A stretch of DNA of 64,000 nucleotides, from the NCBI GenBank assembly GCA_047967505.1, contig CM106538.1; one strand, 5' to 3'. Shown here piece by piece: positions 1 to 14,537 of this stretch. Below the pieces are notes generated by a model. It was not told the DNA's origin, ran no database searches, and saw only the letters and a program-made list of their open reading frames with translations. The number at the start of each line of letters is the position of its first letter. Within the stretch, counting starts at the first letter, position 1. This DNA comes from Dipteris shenzhenensis (taxonomy: Eukaryota). Position numbers and translations under genes: made by a program.

Positions 1-544
1 CCTTGTTCGGGGTTAAGATGTGCCATTCGAAGGCAAACCTGAAGCAACAATTGTATGATCTTCGTATGAATGAAAATGAGGACTTGGCAACATTCTTAAA
101 CCGTATGCAAGCTCTACTGAAGCAATTACAAGACCTCCGTTCTAAGGTCAAGGATTAGGATCAAAAGGCAATATTGTTGTTGTTGAAGAGTCTCCCCTCC
201 AGATACAGTGAGACTAGTATCCTCAGATTGGATGATGAAGCTGACTTCATCGATTGCATGGTTTTGCTCATGAGTGAGGAGAAGCGGGAAGAGAACCTTT
301 TTCCCGGTGATGCTGCATATGCTGTGAAGGACAAGAAGAATGCAACTAGAGATTCAAAAGGAGACACCCGTGCGTGCTATTATTGTGGCAAGCCAGGGCA
401 GATTGAAAGGCTTTGTGCCAAGAAGCGAGGGACGAGGCAGCGAAACAAGAAAAGAATAAGGCATGTATGATTGAGGAGTCTTCACTAGAGGAGATGGCAG
501 GTTTAGTAACAGATGATCTACTTGACCAGGATTGGGCGTTCTGA
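1..544 (+). pseudogene. Copia-type gag, 3' part (UBN2-like region plus zinc knuckle), disrupted
   Basis: Translates as KANLKQQLYDLRMNENEDL...LLKSLPSRY...CYYCGKPGQIERLC. It has an internal stop and a frameshift. The second frame ends ...DDLLDQDWAF* at 542-544, and no protease motif follows. Confidence 0.8.
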
Positions 545-2278
545 GTTTTTGGGTGTGTTATTGGTCTCAGCATCCTGTTCGTTGTATGTCAAATATGTCT
601 TGGCTATGATGCCAATACCAAGCTAAGATGCTTGGGAAGTTTTGGTATCGGGCTATGATGCCCAGGTGTGTTTTTGTGGACTTCCACTGCTTCATGAGGC
701 TTTGATATTGTTTGGTGATAAGTTGTAATGGCAACAAGCCCAGTAGGGATGAGCCAGTTCTGGTTGTGTCTTGTTACTGACTCCCTACTCGGATCAAGGG
801 AGGGTGTTGGAGGAATGATCCTCATAGGAGCATTGCTTTGACTAAGGTATGTGGCCTGCATTGATTGGAAGTACACTCTTATGAACTCGATTGGGTGATC
901 AGCGTGTTGTTTGGCTTGTGACTGGCTCCTTGGACCTGGGGACTGTTGCATGAACTCCATATGGCGGTGCTTGACCTTCTACATAACTCGATCGGGAAGC
1001 TGTTGAACATCTCTTTGTCGTGATCACAAGCCTGAGTGCTGTGAGTCTTTGTCAGTCGACATAGCTATCTGGTAGAGCAACTGCATATATATTAGGGTCG
1101 TTAGTTGAGTCCTACATGGTTGTGATCGCCGAAAAACTCATTAGAGGTGAGGGGTGATCACAATTTCGAGTCGTGTGTTGATTAATAAGAGTTCTCAGTT
1201 ACAATTTTGGGTTGTATCGCTTGTCCTTGTGCTCTGTAAGATTCTGGTTGATCATAGTTGATGCTCAATTGTGTATATGTGAAGAGTGGGTCTCTTAGTT
1301 GATTTCCACGCAATTATCCAAACAGTTTGCATGGGTTTGTGCACGGTTCGTATGTGACGTGCAAGTACAGCTGACAGGCTCGTATACAGCTGAGGTGTAT
1401 GGAATGTTTCTGTCAGACGCTCACGGGCTGCTCCCAAGGCTTCGTCAGTGTTTTTGTTAGATGACCATCAGCTGCTCTGGGTGAGCTGGCTGGTCATACA
1501 GGGACTTTCCGTTTATCTGCGAATTGATAGAGAAGGGCTAGCTGATCCCATTGGAACTCGTCACGTGGGGACTTTTCAGCAGTTGGTCATCCCTTTGTTC
1601 TAGGCTCTTTTGATGTTGGCTGAGTAGATATGCCTTTTCTTACTGCAGTGAGCAGGTGAGTGTACAAGTGGGCACTTGAGGCATTTGCAGGGGATTGTGT
1701 CACCAAGTCTTGGCTGCTAGAAACAATCCTAGGCTGAGTGTAATTGTTTTGGAACTGAAATGGATGCTCTTTAGCTATGCTTGATGGAGGTCACTTTCAG
1801 TAGAGCTTATGCGATGGCTTCCCCAACAGATAGTGTTTTTACAGGCAGGGGTTGCTAGGGAGAGGGCACACGATCAGTACAGCCTTGTGGGCTGAATAGA
1901 CAGGGGTTAGGTGTCCATGCTTGACATTGGAAGGTATCCCTGGACCCCAAAGAGACATGATACAAGTGTGACTGCCATAATGTTTGCTGTGTGGAGATGC
2001 AAGTTCTCTTATGGGAAACAGATTGAAGTATCAGGATGTTTGCTGCCCATGGGGTGAGAGACTATCGGTCTTGGACAGTGTGGAGAAAGCTTTGTATTTT
2101 CTCTTTCTGCTTTGAGCAGATAGATAGCTATTTGGGCACTAGTGACAGCCTATAGGGAACTGTGTTGCCCAAGTCTGGTTACTAGTGACAGTTCCAGGCT
2201 GTGTGCAAGCTTCTTGGATTAAGAATGGAGACAGGAGTGGTAGTGAGAGTGGTGAGACCAGTGAACAGTAAAGGGGTA

Positions 2279-2529
2279 TGTGGATGCCTAATGTGATGTG
2301 GATGGTCCAGATGTAAGAAAGAATGTGGATGCCTAATGGGATGTGGATGCCCCAGATGTAAGAAAGCATGTATCCTTTATGTAGCATGGAATTCTGGGCC
2401 TCTCACTTAATTAAATAAATACCGAAAGGGGCGCCAAGGTTTGGGGCCAATCTGTGTCTTTGTCTTGGTGCAGGGGCACTCTAGCTCCCAATCTGGTAGT
2501 TATACTTTTGCTGAATTATTGATATAACA
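2279..2529 (+). repeat. Probable 3' LTR of the gag-bearing element at the window start
   Basis: A purine-rich tract AAAGGGG lies just before TG at 2279. The segment has internal ATGTGGATGCC subrepeats and an AATAAA, and ends ...GATATAACA. The partner LTR is outside the window, so this is unconfirmed. Confidence 0.45.
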
Positions 2530-5500
2530 GTGCTGGCTGGTTATTTGTTAGTTCTACTGCCCGGTTTCAGTACCTCTTTCATGTCCTCTGAAAGCCTGTG
2601 TAATTTTTTCTATAAGGTTGAGGCTTGGGATGTATTATCTTAATGGCATGATCAATAATTAGATTATAATTACAAACGTCATTAAGAAGAATGACTAGCC
2701 TTTGCCCATTAACAGATTCATTAACTCAAAAACATCATGTGGTCCAAATTGATGAGTCGATTGGACTGTATGAATAGTATCATCTTCTCATGAGAGGAAG
2801 TAGATCCTCCCCCCTGCTTGGTCACTTTACTCTTATGGAATTTGACTTATCTAGATTTGTCTAAGAAATACTGGACAGTCATACTAGCTGCATTCTTTTT
2901 GCACCCAAAGGACTCTTTTCTCTAATCAAATTGTCTTTCTCCGTTTTGACATTGGTGCCAGCAAAATGTAGGGTGTCAAAGTGTCTCTCCTTACTGTAGT
3001 ATTTAAAGCTTCGACTTGTCTATTCCTAAATGGTTTTCTAAATCTCTCTCTTGAAAAGCTGGCTTGTTAGGCGTGAAAGGGGTTTTGGATGTGAGGCTAG
3101 GGCAGGAATAAATCCAATGTCTTTTGGATTTGCAAGAGGATGCTCTAGATTGGGAGGCTGATTTTGGTTTTACTTGGACTCAGAGGGGTTTCTTTGTCAG
3201 GTACCTGGTCGGTGTGGGTATCTCTCCTTGCTGCAATGTGCTCTTGTGTTGGAGAATATCAGGAAAAAACCCTTCTTTTGGACTTTTGCCAAACTTGACC
3301 TCACTTCTAGGATGGTGGGTATTAACCAAGTACTGCTGGCCACGGCGTGGTTCATTTGCTGTTGTTGGTGCCACTCTAGGGAGGGATTGCATCACTCAGC
3401 TCAAAAGGCCTATAAGGAACTTTCTATGGAGTGTTCTAGATGATTTGGCAGACACCCGAGCCAGGTGGTGGTCAGGTGGCTTTTTCCAGGATGAGAACCT
3501 TGGGGATGTTTTCACTTCAGCTAAGAAAGAAAATTTTCATTCTAGATTCCAATTGTGACCACTCTGCTGAAAGAAGCATAAGAACTTTGATTCAATTAGA
3601 GTAACTGACAAAGAGGTACACTGAAACAATTTCTATAACCCAAGTCATGGAGTAACAGCAAGTGCATCAATTTTGAAATATCTTGGAAAGAGATGGAGCT
3701 TAGTTTGTACAGTCATGTATCCATAAAACAGCAGAGAAAGGACACAGAAATAGTCTGCATAGTCTCCCATCTAGAGGATCTGTCAAAGTTGATCCAAGAG
3801 GACAGCCCATGTGAACAGTCTCAGCCATGAGATCATTCTCCAGGCTTGGCATCCCAGCACTTGCAAGTGATCGCAACGGTGAAGGTGGCATTCGATGCAC
3901 CTTCTGATATCCCCCGTTTTTAAGTTTCTCATCTTTTGAGTTAGTCATCCTAGTTATTAGGTTTTGCTTCATAAAGTCCACTAGATTTTCTGCTATCTTT
4001 CTGTATAGTTTTTTTATTCTACCCTCATCATTTTTGTGCTCCAGCTGCATAGATATAAATTCTGTAGGGTAGTGTTTCAGCAAACTAGAGACTCAGTTTT
4101 CATGAAGTGAAGTATGCTAATGTCTTGCTTCTGGTAAAGGATGATGAGGTTGGTTTAGTAACATATATGTTGAAGTTTCAGGCAGCAAGGAGGTGTGCTT
4201 GTAGCTGGGCCAGGAAAAGAGTGTATTTTATATCTTTTCAAGGTAAGCGACTTGCGTTTCTCATTCTATACATCTTGGGTTCTTGCAGTCATATAGTTTA
4301 CCTACAAAAAGTCTCTCTAAATACATGATTTTGATTAGAATATACTTTAGAGTATTTGATTTCATGGTTTACGTAAGCTGAATGGGTGCTCAATTGTGTT
4401 GGAAGGATGTACAAGCTGGGGATGAACCAAACATGGATGACATTGTGCAAGTCTGCAGCACAGCTTAAATATTACACTATATTTCTTCTAAATGAGCTTC
4501 AGAGATCCGTTTCTTCAACTATTATGACCAATCGCAACACACTGGACATCACTTTTGTAAATCTGTCAAGGTGACAGAACTGCCATTACTGTATCCTGTA
4601 TTTGTATAGACCATGGCATAGAAGAGTGGCATTGCACACTGCAATCCAAGTTTCAAGAATCTTATGGATCACAATATAGGACTTCATAGAGAGTAATGAT
4701 TAGGATGATGCATGCCGTGCACAGACACACACTGTATATATGTCTTTCATGTAAATGTAATGAGGTTTCTCTCTCTTCTGGTCTTTAGTTCCTTTCTATC
4801 CTCACTGGTTACTTTACAGCATATTTTGCAGAAGTTGGATTTGTGATTTAGAAATTATGCAGCCAAAAACCAGAGGAAGTCGTAATGCTTATTAAAAGAG
4901 GAAAGGATGTGTGCACGCTGTTAATTTAGTATCCTGGCTGGTGGTGGTGCATTGGAGTGCTTGGGAATCCCATGTGTTACCAATTATTGAGCAGATATCC
5001 AAGGATCACTGGGGCCAAGCATTGATGGCAATTTCATCACACATTTTTTTTAATTCCCAAAGAGAGAATTGCTTCTGTCTGTTAGATTTTGAATAGTTCT
5101 AGGTTCTGTTATGTTCCACTTGAAGGCAATGTCACCGCACAATTTTTTGAAGCTCACAGAGATAATTTGTAATATCTGGTTGATTCTGAACAGTCGCATT
5201 ATTCTAGATTCTGTATATTCTACCATTCTAGGTTCACAGGTTAAGTGGATCTCCAGGGAACGAGGATTTGAAGGCAATTCGTCGTGCAAATTTTTTGAAG
5301 CTACAAAGAAAATTGTTTCATCTTTGGTTAGGTTCTTAATAGTAGCATCATTCAAGGTCCTCTTCTAAACTGGTTTCGTGGGACTTGGAGATGAAGTGTC
5401 TGGGGTATGTGAGGTTGAATCTGTTGGAAAAAGTAATGAACTGTGGAGTTTGTTTACTTACCTTGAGTGAGAGGGTCCTATACAGGAAAAAGCCTGGTAA

Positions 5501-5939
5501 AGATCCAGGGCTGACACTAAAAGTGCCACCTCAAACCTTTAGGGACTTCAGAGAAGAAGGGACAGCCTCTCCACTCCCTGAGGAAGAAAGTCCTCCTGGA
5601 AGAAGCAGCCTTGGGAGATCCCTACATGCTCAACCAAATGACCATCAAAGTGTGTACTGTGTCTGTCCATTTACTGCCATGATGTGAGATGGGTGGACTT
5701 GGGACCCATCAAGTGCATCTGTGTACAGATCTTCAGATATTCCAGGCTGAAAGGCTCACCATGATCTCCCAACATGTGTCCTCTAAGGCATGTGTAGGTT
5801 TATAGGGAGAGAGGGAATAACGTGGAGTGAGCATAGCTCAACCAAATGACGTTGAACCGCAAAAGCCCAAGAGGAGCTATGCCTCTCATTAAACATCTGA
5901 GGAACAGCTCCAAGTGATGAAGAAAGGGGAGGGAGCAAA

Positions 5940-8280
5940 TCTACTCAAGAGTCCCACAATCCCCTTCTAGGCAAATCTTCGTTTGTCTGCAATTCCATAT
6001 GCAATGCTGAATGGATTCATCATCAGCAAAGAGGAAACGCTGGCATGAAGAGGGAGTCCCAGACTTGTACCGTTGATTTACTATAATCCCTCCATGAATA
6101 GAAAGCCAAAATGAAGAGCGGAAACTTCTAGAGCCTTCTTCGAAAAAAATTTGTAAACCTGCAGAAGTTTGAAATTCTTTCCATTGAGGTGCTTTGAAGG
6201 GATTCGTGGAAGAATGGGAGGCTCTTCTAATCTCACTCCCACTCTTGGAGTTCCATTGCAAGTTCTCTATGGGGACACTCCCATAAATACAAACCCCTTC
6301 TTGGAGCTCAGAAGGGTGTCCTCCGGATGGGGGTCCAAATACCGGGCAGAAGCAAAAAATAATTGGTCAACGTGACCCAGAATCCTTAATCGGCTTACAA
6401 AGTGCATATTGGAGGATATCATCCTCCATGGACTCGGATAACCTACCCCCAAAGTGGACATCAAAGACACAGTCTTCCCAATCTGTATCTCATCAGAGAC
6501 GACGATCTAAAGTGAGGGGCATGTTCTTAAAAAAGTCCCCATCCGTCTAATGTGAGAATGTCGTCTCTTATCTGTAAGGACCCACTCCAAGGATAAGGCT
6601 GCTCAATCGTCCTTCCGCTTCCTTTGAGGGTGACTAACCATCTGAAATCTGCGTTCATCCGAAAGGTTTTGAAAGCCTTCCAAGTGTCCATGGAGAAAGT
6701 GGGGCCTTTCTCTTATGTAGGCCAGTACATGTAACCAGAAAAGCCTAGGGATTTTTCGTGATCATTCAAAATGAAATCATTCCACATGAAACATTGCCTA
6801 CCAAACTCTTCCTGTGAGTAGGGAGGGAGTCACGCAGCAGATGCTGCCCTAAGCTTTTAGGATGGCAGTCCTAAGGGAGGAGAAAGACATCCTTATGTGT
6901 GCAGAGGTGGAGATCCACCTAATGATGTCCATTGAAGCGACCCTAGCTCCAGCATTTGCTGAATCATCAAACCCACGCAATGAAAGTCTCTTTTTTTCGG
7001 GGGCAAAAAAAGGTTTTGATATCTTGTATTAACATAAGATTTTATACGAAGTCAGTTCAGCTAGCAAGATCCTCTATAAAACGAGACATGATTGGCGTTT
7101 TGAGCTAATGTAGTCCCTAGAGTGGGACCAATAAGAGCAAACAAACCATGTTATGGCTAGAAGTACCTGGTTGACAACTTGGGAAGCAAGGTCAAGTCTA
7201 GCCGAACAAAAGAGGAGAATCGTCCTAATTCTCTCCAACATAGGAGTGAATTGCTATGAGGGAGAGATGCCCACATCGATTTGAGAGCCCAAATATTTGA
7301 CACAGACACCCCTTTGAGTCATGTGAAACTAAGATCAGCCCGTCTTCTGGGGTGTCTCTCCTTGCTGATCCAAAAACCATTAGAATGTTGCAACACAAAA
7401 TGAATTCAAGGCTATCTTGAAGGAGGTGAGAGTTTGGGAAGTGGCATCTAAAAAAACAGTAGTGTCATCTGCAAGCATCATTGTCCATAACCTCCTCACC
7501 TTGTTTGAGGGGAAGTCTCATCCAAGTTTTCTGGACTTAGATCTCAAGAAGATTCTCATGGCTTTAGACACGAATAAGTACAAAAAAGGGGCTAGAGGGT
7601 ATCCCTGCAAACCAATCATGACATCTAAAATCTATGTCTTCTAATCCCCGATGATAAGCATCTAGCTATAGGTCAATCTATATAAGGAGGAGACCCTGCT
7701 GACACAAGCATCTAAAAAAAGAACACACACTTAGGGCACCCTCCAAGAGACCCCAATCTTCATTGTCAGAAGCTTTTTCTTAGTCCAAGAGTAGAATGAC
7801 CAAATCTTGGCCGCTAAGCACAGTAGCTCACTCCAAAGCCTCCCAAAAGAAAAGAAAAATATATTATAGAAAAAGCTATGACCATGCACAAAACTAGTCT
7901 GTGTAGCACGAATAAGATTTGGGGGAACATGCTGTAGCCCACAAGAACTTGCATTGCAAGCCTTTGTCAAGATCTTATACACATTGCGCAAGAGCATAAT
8001 GGGCCCCTCCCTTTGGGATAAGATGGATGAGACCCTCTATAAGTGAATCGGCCATATGAGATACCCAAACACTCAGTCAAGTTGGGGTGATATAATCACC
8101 AATCATGTCCAAAAGGTAATAGAAAAAGAGGGGGTCATCCCAATTGAACTAGGACATTTGCCCTTGTGAAGGGCACAAAGAGCAATCCTAAATTCCAAAT
8201 TATGAAAGGTGCATCAAGTAGAACTGTTTTCACCCTTCTTGCCAAACCATCTACCTAGCATCATATCTGGTGGTAGGAGT
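5940..8280 (-). mobile_element. L1-clade LINE ORF2 relic (RT plus zf-RVT)
   Basis: Minus-strand motifs: YKILTK...LIRATQTSFVHG (7997-7890), GLQGYPLAPFLYLF (~7610), LADDT (~7470) and zf-RVT-like ESIQHCIWNC (~6000). Many stops and frameshifts. Confidence 0.85.
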
Positions 8281-8350
8281 GGCAAGGTTTGTAGTATGAA
8301 GGGAGGCATAAGAATTTGAAGCTATATGTATGATGGCATTACGTTTAGAT

Positions 8351-9792
8351 TGTAAAACCCCCAAGGCTTCTATGGGAAGCCACCTCCTCAACTCCTCACC
8401 TCTCACCTCTTGAGCTAGGGACATTTAAGTTAGATGTATTATGTTCATTGTGTGTTTGTAATAAGTTGCTACATTTTCAATATGGTGCATTTATTATAGC
8501 TAGTGATTGGCATCCACAATTTATTGTATGTGCGTCATACTTGTGTATTTGTGCAAGGGCATCACACTCTAGTGAGCCTCCCTATCTGAGTAAGGCAAAA
8601 AGAAGACCCCTAGTATGCATCCTTCAACAGTGCACGGAAATGTGAGTAATTGAGTCCTTAAGGCTCCTTTGTAAGCCTCGGCCTAAGAAAGGAGAAGTCT
8701 TTGCAAGCGTGCATAGAAGAAGACTTATGAGAGTCTAGGCAGCTCCAGTGAAGAAATAATTCTACAATTTAGCTTCTAAGTTGGTAGATCTCGTGCAGTG
8801 GAGATTATTGAAGAAAGAGATCTGTGCAGTGGAGAATGTTGAAGAAAGCCTTCTACTTGAATTCAAAAAAGAGGATCTATGAACTTGTGCAAACTAAAAG
8901 GATAAGGTGGTGTCCCAAAATGGGGAGAAAGCCTCAAATGCAAGAGTAGCAGCACACAAAAGAAAGAACAATGCCAGAATTCAAAAGTTTTGGGCTATTT
9001 GTCCTTTTTAATAGGTCTATCTACTTCTATTTTCAACTCTCCATAACACCTTGAATATACCAATTGTTAGCTATATCACCCAGTCCTCAAAGACGCCTGA
9101 CTAATATTTGCTAAGATTACCAACAAATTTTGTAGATCGGCTTGTGGATGATCCATCAACATATGGATGTTGCTACAATATGTTGTTTAGCATTAGCATT
9201 AATAGTTCTATTTGTGTTGGCACATTATTAGTTGTTATCCCTTTTATGTTTTCGTTCAGCCTTAGCGTCTCCCAAATATTTTGTTGATTTGCAAGTCATT
9301 GTTGATTGTTTTTGTGCAGGTCAGTTTAAGATTCTTTTATAGATCACTATGGATTGCCACCGCTGCTCTTCCATAGTTGGACCTTTTTTGCTTGCCTCTG
9401 TATATTAGAGGTCATCAATGTATGCCTTTGTTTTGCTGCAATTGCTTGTCATAATTCATGCATCAGTGAAGTTGAGAGAAGGGCTTACATAGTGGCCAAA
9501 GGATCCTCTCACACTGAGAGAAGAGCACCACCTATTATCCTCTCACACTAAGAGAAGGGCCTAGGAGATCGTCTCAGGCTAAGAGACTTTGCTTAGAGGT
9601 GGTTTTGGGTTCAAGAAGGAGCATCATTTTTAGTCTTGGTTGACTTTGAATAGAGGTAAGGGCTTACGACTTATTTTCATTTGGTATTTGGTTCAATTGT
9701 TTGTTAATTAGACGGTACCAATCACTTGCTTAGCTGTCTTCACTTCTATTTTATTAATCTTCCCTATTGATAAAGCGCACACCACACTCACA
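8351..9792 (+). repeat. Possible solo or orphan LTR
   Basis: Begins TGTAAAACCCC, ends ...CACTCACA, is non-coding, and sits just before a PBS. No matching second LTR and no clean TSD (TAGAT vs TAGTC). Confidence 0.3.
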
Positions 9793-9815
9793 TAGTCTAT
9801 GTGATATGCTAATTA

Positions 9816-12800
9816 TGGTATCATCAGCGTGACCAATAATGTCCTCTTCTAAAGAATGTCAATTTGGATGGAACCAACTATGGCATTTGGAAATTCAAGC
9901 TTGAAAATATTCTCAAAGCCCACCCATGGATATACACACTTTGTTGCTGAAGAGGAAATTTTGAGAGTTATGATGTGCAAAGACAATAGACTCATAGTCT
10001 CATAAATTTGAGCATCAAGGACAAGATTACCCCTACTATTATAACTTTGAAAACACTAACTAAGGCTTGGAAATGTTTTCAAACCACCTATGAAGATGCT
10101 AGTACTCAAAAAACCTCAGTCATAAAAAGAAATTTGAGTAGGCTTAAAATGCGAGAGATTCAAAATGTGAATGATCATTTGAATTAGCTCAAAGACCTAG
10201 TACATTAACTAGTACTCCATGTGCGTAAACGCTTGATCACAGTAGGCAGGTGATCTTCTTCCCAACAATCTTCAAGAATCGTTGGATAATTTCTCATCAC
10301 GCTCTACAAAGAGCATCCTCCATGGTTGCCTGCATAAAAAGTTTGGTAATTTGAATGATACAACCTTCATGGATAAAACTAGAAGACAATATCAAAAACC
10401 ACTATTCAGGTCTAAACCAAAGCAAAGCTTTACTTCTTATCTTCAACATGATGATAAAGATCATCATGATTGGAACGACACAAAGAAGAAAGGATCTTGC
10501 TTCTATTATGGGAAGCATTGCTTATTTTCCTTTGAGTTTCAGAAGAAAACGGGTTTAAACCTAGTGGTAAAGACACTGCTAATGTATCTATGCACCAAAC
10601 TCCTAATTGTAAGAAACCTTAGTTATCTCAAAATCAAATAAGTCTAGTCAAGATAATGAGTCATGGATTATTGACTTCGTAACCTCTAGTCAATTCACTC
10701 TAACAAGGAATGGTCCTCTCACGCAAAGAAAAATGATAGTGACCATATAGACATATCATCAAATCAAGAACATACAAATACAAATGTTGAATAAAGATGT
10801 ATGGGACATACATAATGTTTTGCATGTTCCTGTTCTGAAGCAAAGCCTTCAATCTATAGATGTCATTACTAAACAAAACAAGGTGGAATCTGATAATTTG
10901 GAATGCCTGATTCGAGGCAAAGCTAGGGAATTGAGAAAGAAGGCCTTTGTGAAACTGACATAATCTATACCTAATGAAACAAGAAAGAAATTATGTGGCT
11001 TGAAAGATTTAGTCACCTAGTTCTCATCATGAACAGGAAAGGTTTTGTGAATGGAGTACCTCATCTTTGATAGGAGAAGATGATTTGAAAGGGAAGTGTC
11101 ATGGGAAAGCATAGCTTTGAAAATTTAAGGAAAAAGGATATCCTCGATGTGATACATTTTAACCTATGTGATCCTTTGAATCTTAATTAGTAGGAGATAA
11201 GTTTACCTTTTAACATTCTATTATTCTAGGAAGACATGGTGTTCTTATTAAGGATAAGTATGATACTTTAAGTACTTTAAGGAGCTCATTGCCATGGTTG
11301 AAGATCAAATTGGTAAGCATGTCAAGGCTCTTAAATCCACGAGGGATTCACTAGTAGTAATAAGGAGACATCACCTGCGTGCAGTACATATATGAGAATT
11401 CCCCTTATCTACCCCCTATTTACGGGACCTTACCTTATAAAATGTACCTTCCTTCCCTTATATAACCCCCCTCCCTTACACTCACGTGGTACCATACGAT
11501 AAACCCTAGTGGACCCCTCGAGCTTAGATCGGATAAATAGGGAGAATAGAAGTCAACAAAATGGATAGAATCGTCTAAAGAGAAGGGCGTTGGAAGGAAA
11601 CCTTGAACAAAATCACCCTTTCAAAGCGCATGAACCGTACTCTAGGTGAAGACATAGAATATGCTGAAGGAACACAATATACCAAACTATTTATGGGATA
11701 CAACTATGTATCTTCATATCAAAAGTGCTATAAATCTCATACTAAATGAAACTCTTGAAGAGGCTTTTATATCACAAATCTTATGGAACGCATCTTTGCT
11801 ATTGGTGCATAAGTATCACCATAATCTTACCATAGTATCGTGCAAAATTAAAATATATCGCCTAAGGATGTTTGGGATGTAGGGCTTATGCTCAAATTTG
11901 TGATGCCAACAAAATAAAAAGATATTCATGGTCATATTTGTGATTCCAACAAAAGCAAACTGGATAATGAATTAGTTGAAGCTATATTTGTTGGCTATAT
12001 TGATAATCACATGGCCGAAAGGATTACAACCTTGAAGCACACAATATGATCATTGGTATGATCTAATTGTTGATGAAGGAGGGATGTTATACTTCCGACA
12101 ACAAACTACGTCTTTTTATCCTATTGTTAACCAAGTTATGGAGAGAGTTTCATTTGGATTGGGAAAACCCATCGCTTTGTCCCCAATCCTGGCTAGGATG
12201 AACTCCATGGCCAAGCCCAATGGGTTAGCTTGGAGTTCTTTTCAAGTCGACCTCACTCAGTTTGATCTCTAGGAGGCTCCTCTATGGTCACCGTTCTACT
12301 CCAGGTCAAAGTTTCTGCTACTCCAAACTGGTTTCTACATAGTCAAAGAATCAACCATAACTTCTCGGGGTTTTATCATACCACTTCAAGTAAAATAAAA
12401 GTTTATTCTTTGGAAGATAATATTTATTTTTGTCTTCTGAGATGAAGTCAGAATCGATGTAGTATGGCCGTGGTGGAAGCCACAAGCAGAGGGGATACTA
12501 ACAGACTGTTTTTTCTTTTATGGGAGACAGGAAACTAGAGAAGCAGCCTTCATATGTTGCAACAGTAGCTTCACCTTTGTCTAACATTAGGAAAAATGAG
12601 GTCATTCTTCTTATACAACAGCAAGTCCTCCTCCTCAAAAAGGAGAATAATGACCTGAAGCACAAGTTCCAAGAGCTAGAAGAGAGAGTAAAAGTGGTTG
12701 AGAATAAACTGGAAAAGTCCCACTACAACGTTAAATGATGAAGCTGCCTTTAGTCAAATGGAAGAGATGCATGAGAAGCTCAAGGGAGAGGTCCAAAAGA

Positions 12801-14537
12801 ATCTCAAAGGAGAAGTAAAGAGCTCCTTAGATGCATAGATGTGTACTCAAATGCAAAAGGAAGTTAAAGAGCAAGCTGATAGACTACGCAACTCAAGAAT
12901 GCTTAAGATTAGAGGTTTACCAGACAACTGGTACATAGCAGAAGACTCTTATAAAGCGAATTGTGAGAAAATTAGAAAAGCTTTACTAGGAGTTGAATGG
13001 GAAGACTATTGGGCAAGAAGGAGCACATGCAATCCTTACTTTCGAATCAAATGCTAAGAGAACTTAGGTTGTCGGTATGAAACCACAAACAGTTCAAGTT
13101 ATTGATGCACCTTGATTAACCCTCAACAAGTGAGGAAGGACTCAAATGATCTATAAGTGTCCAAAGGCCACATGATAGGCTCAATGTGAGTCATGCATTA
13201 ATGATTCACACATCTCTATAAGGTCTCAAAGGGCACCTGAAAGGATCAAAGTGAGTCATGAATTAGTGACTACTATTACATATATATCCGAGCTTGAAAT
13301 ATATAACAATTCCAAGGACTATACCACGTGGTAGGAAGCCATAAATGAGGAGAATGATAATATCATACAAATTAAGACCTAGGAGTTAATATGTGATAGT
13401 ATTATCATACAAATAAGACTAGGGAGCTAGTAGATTTATCATCAAGAAAGACCTCTATCAATTGACGAGTCTAAATGAACACTATCAAGTCAACTACTTC
13501 ATCATATGGATGTCAAAATTGCTTTTTTTAAAGTTTGAAACAACACCTTATGCTTAAAATTTGAAAATTGATAACATTTTTATGAAAAAGGATTTCATCA
13601 AATTATAATTTGTACTCAAAGCATGATGACAAAGGCAATATATATCTCATTACCTTATACATAAATGATGTCATCACTGGTAATAATAAGGAACTAATGA
13701 AACCAGTCAACAAGACCAAAACAAGCCTTTATGGAAGACCTTGGCTTTACATGTTAGTATTTGGGAAATTAGACCTGGGGAGACCAAGATAAAGCGTTCC
13801 TATCCCAACCCAAATATCTGAATGAAATCCTCAAATGGATTAAAATGGAGGATTGAAATAAACCAATGAATCCATGTGAAAATTTGTGAATAGGTAAAGG
13901 TAGACCTAGAGTAGATGGTATCTTATATAAGCAACTTGTAGGTAGCTTGATATATTTGACCACCACCAAAACAAACACAGCATATCCAATCAATGTAATA
14001 TCCCAATATTTGACTAATCCAAAGGCAAATACATTTGAAGGAAATGAGAAAATTCTTAGATATGCTAAATGAACTCTGAATCATGAGATCTAATGTAAAA
14101 GAAGCGACTTATGTGATTCAGTAGAATGCTTAGATGATAGAAGGTTGAATTTTTGATGTTGTTTCACATTGGGCATAGCCTTGTATCATGGAGCAGTAAG
14201 AAGAAAAGTACAATTGCTTTATCCTCTATGAAAGTTGAATGGAGATCATCCAATAATATAGCATATATGACTATTTGCTAGAGGAGAATCTCAAATGATA
14301 TTTGAATTATTCAAAAAGATCAAACTCGATTATTGATGAATAATCACAGCACTATTCAATTGATCAAGAATCCTATATTTTTATTTTTGGAACCAGCACA
14401 TTAGGTGCAACATCACTTTATCTATCATTTGATAGAAAAACAAGTGGATGATATACTTACCAAACCTCTTGCTAGGATTAAGACAAGCTTTTCAACCAGC
14501 AGACATGAAGACTAATACATTATTAATCAAGAGAGAG
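9816..14537 (+). mobile_element. Heavily decayed Ty1/Copia internal region
   Basis: PBS-like TGGTATCA at 9816, gag NLDGTNYGIWKFKL, knuckle remnant GSCFYYGKH, protease WIID (~10665), integrase EQN...KRMNRTL (~11610-11645), RT MDVKIAF (~13506) and LYINDV, RNase H remnants, and PPT AAGAGAGAG before TG at 14538. Confidence 0.85.
12520..13057 (+). pseudogene. LINE ORF1-like fragment (coiled coil plus RRM-entry motif) inside the Copia integrase-RT linker
   Basis: A heptad-rich LKKENNDLKHKFQELEERVKVVENKL is followed by DRLRNSRMLKIRGLPD, which resembles the RRxNLxIxGLPE motif of LINE ORF1 proteins. Confidence 0.5.
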
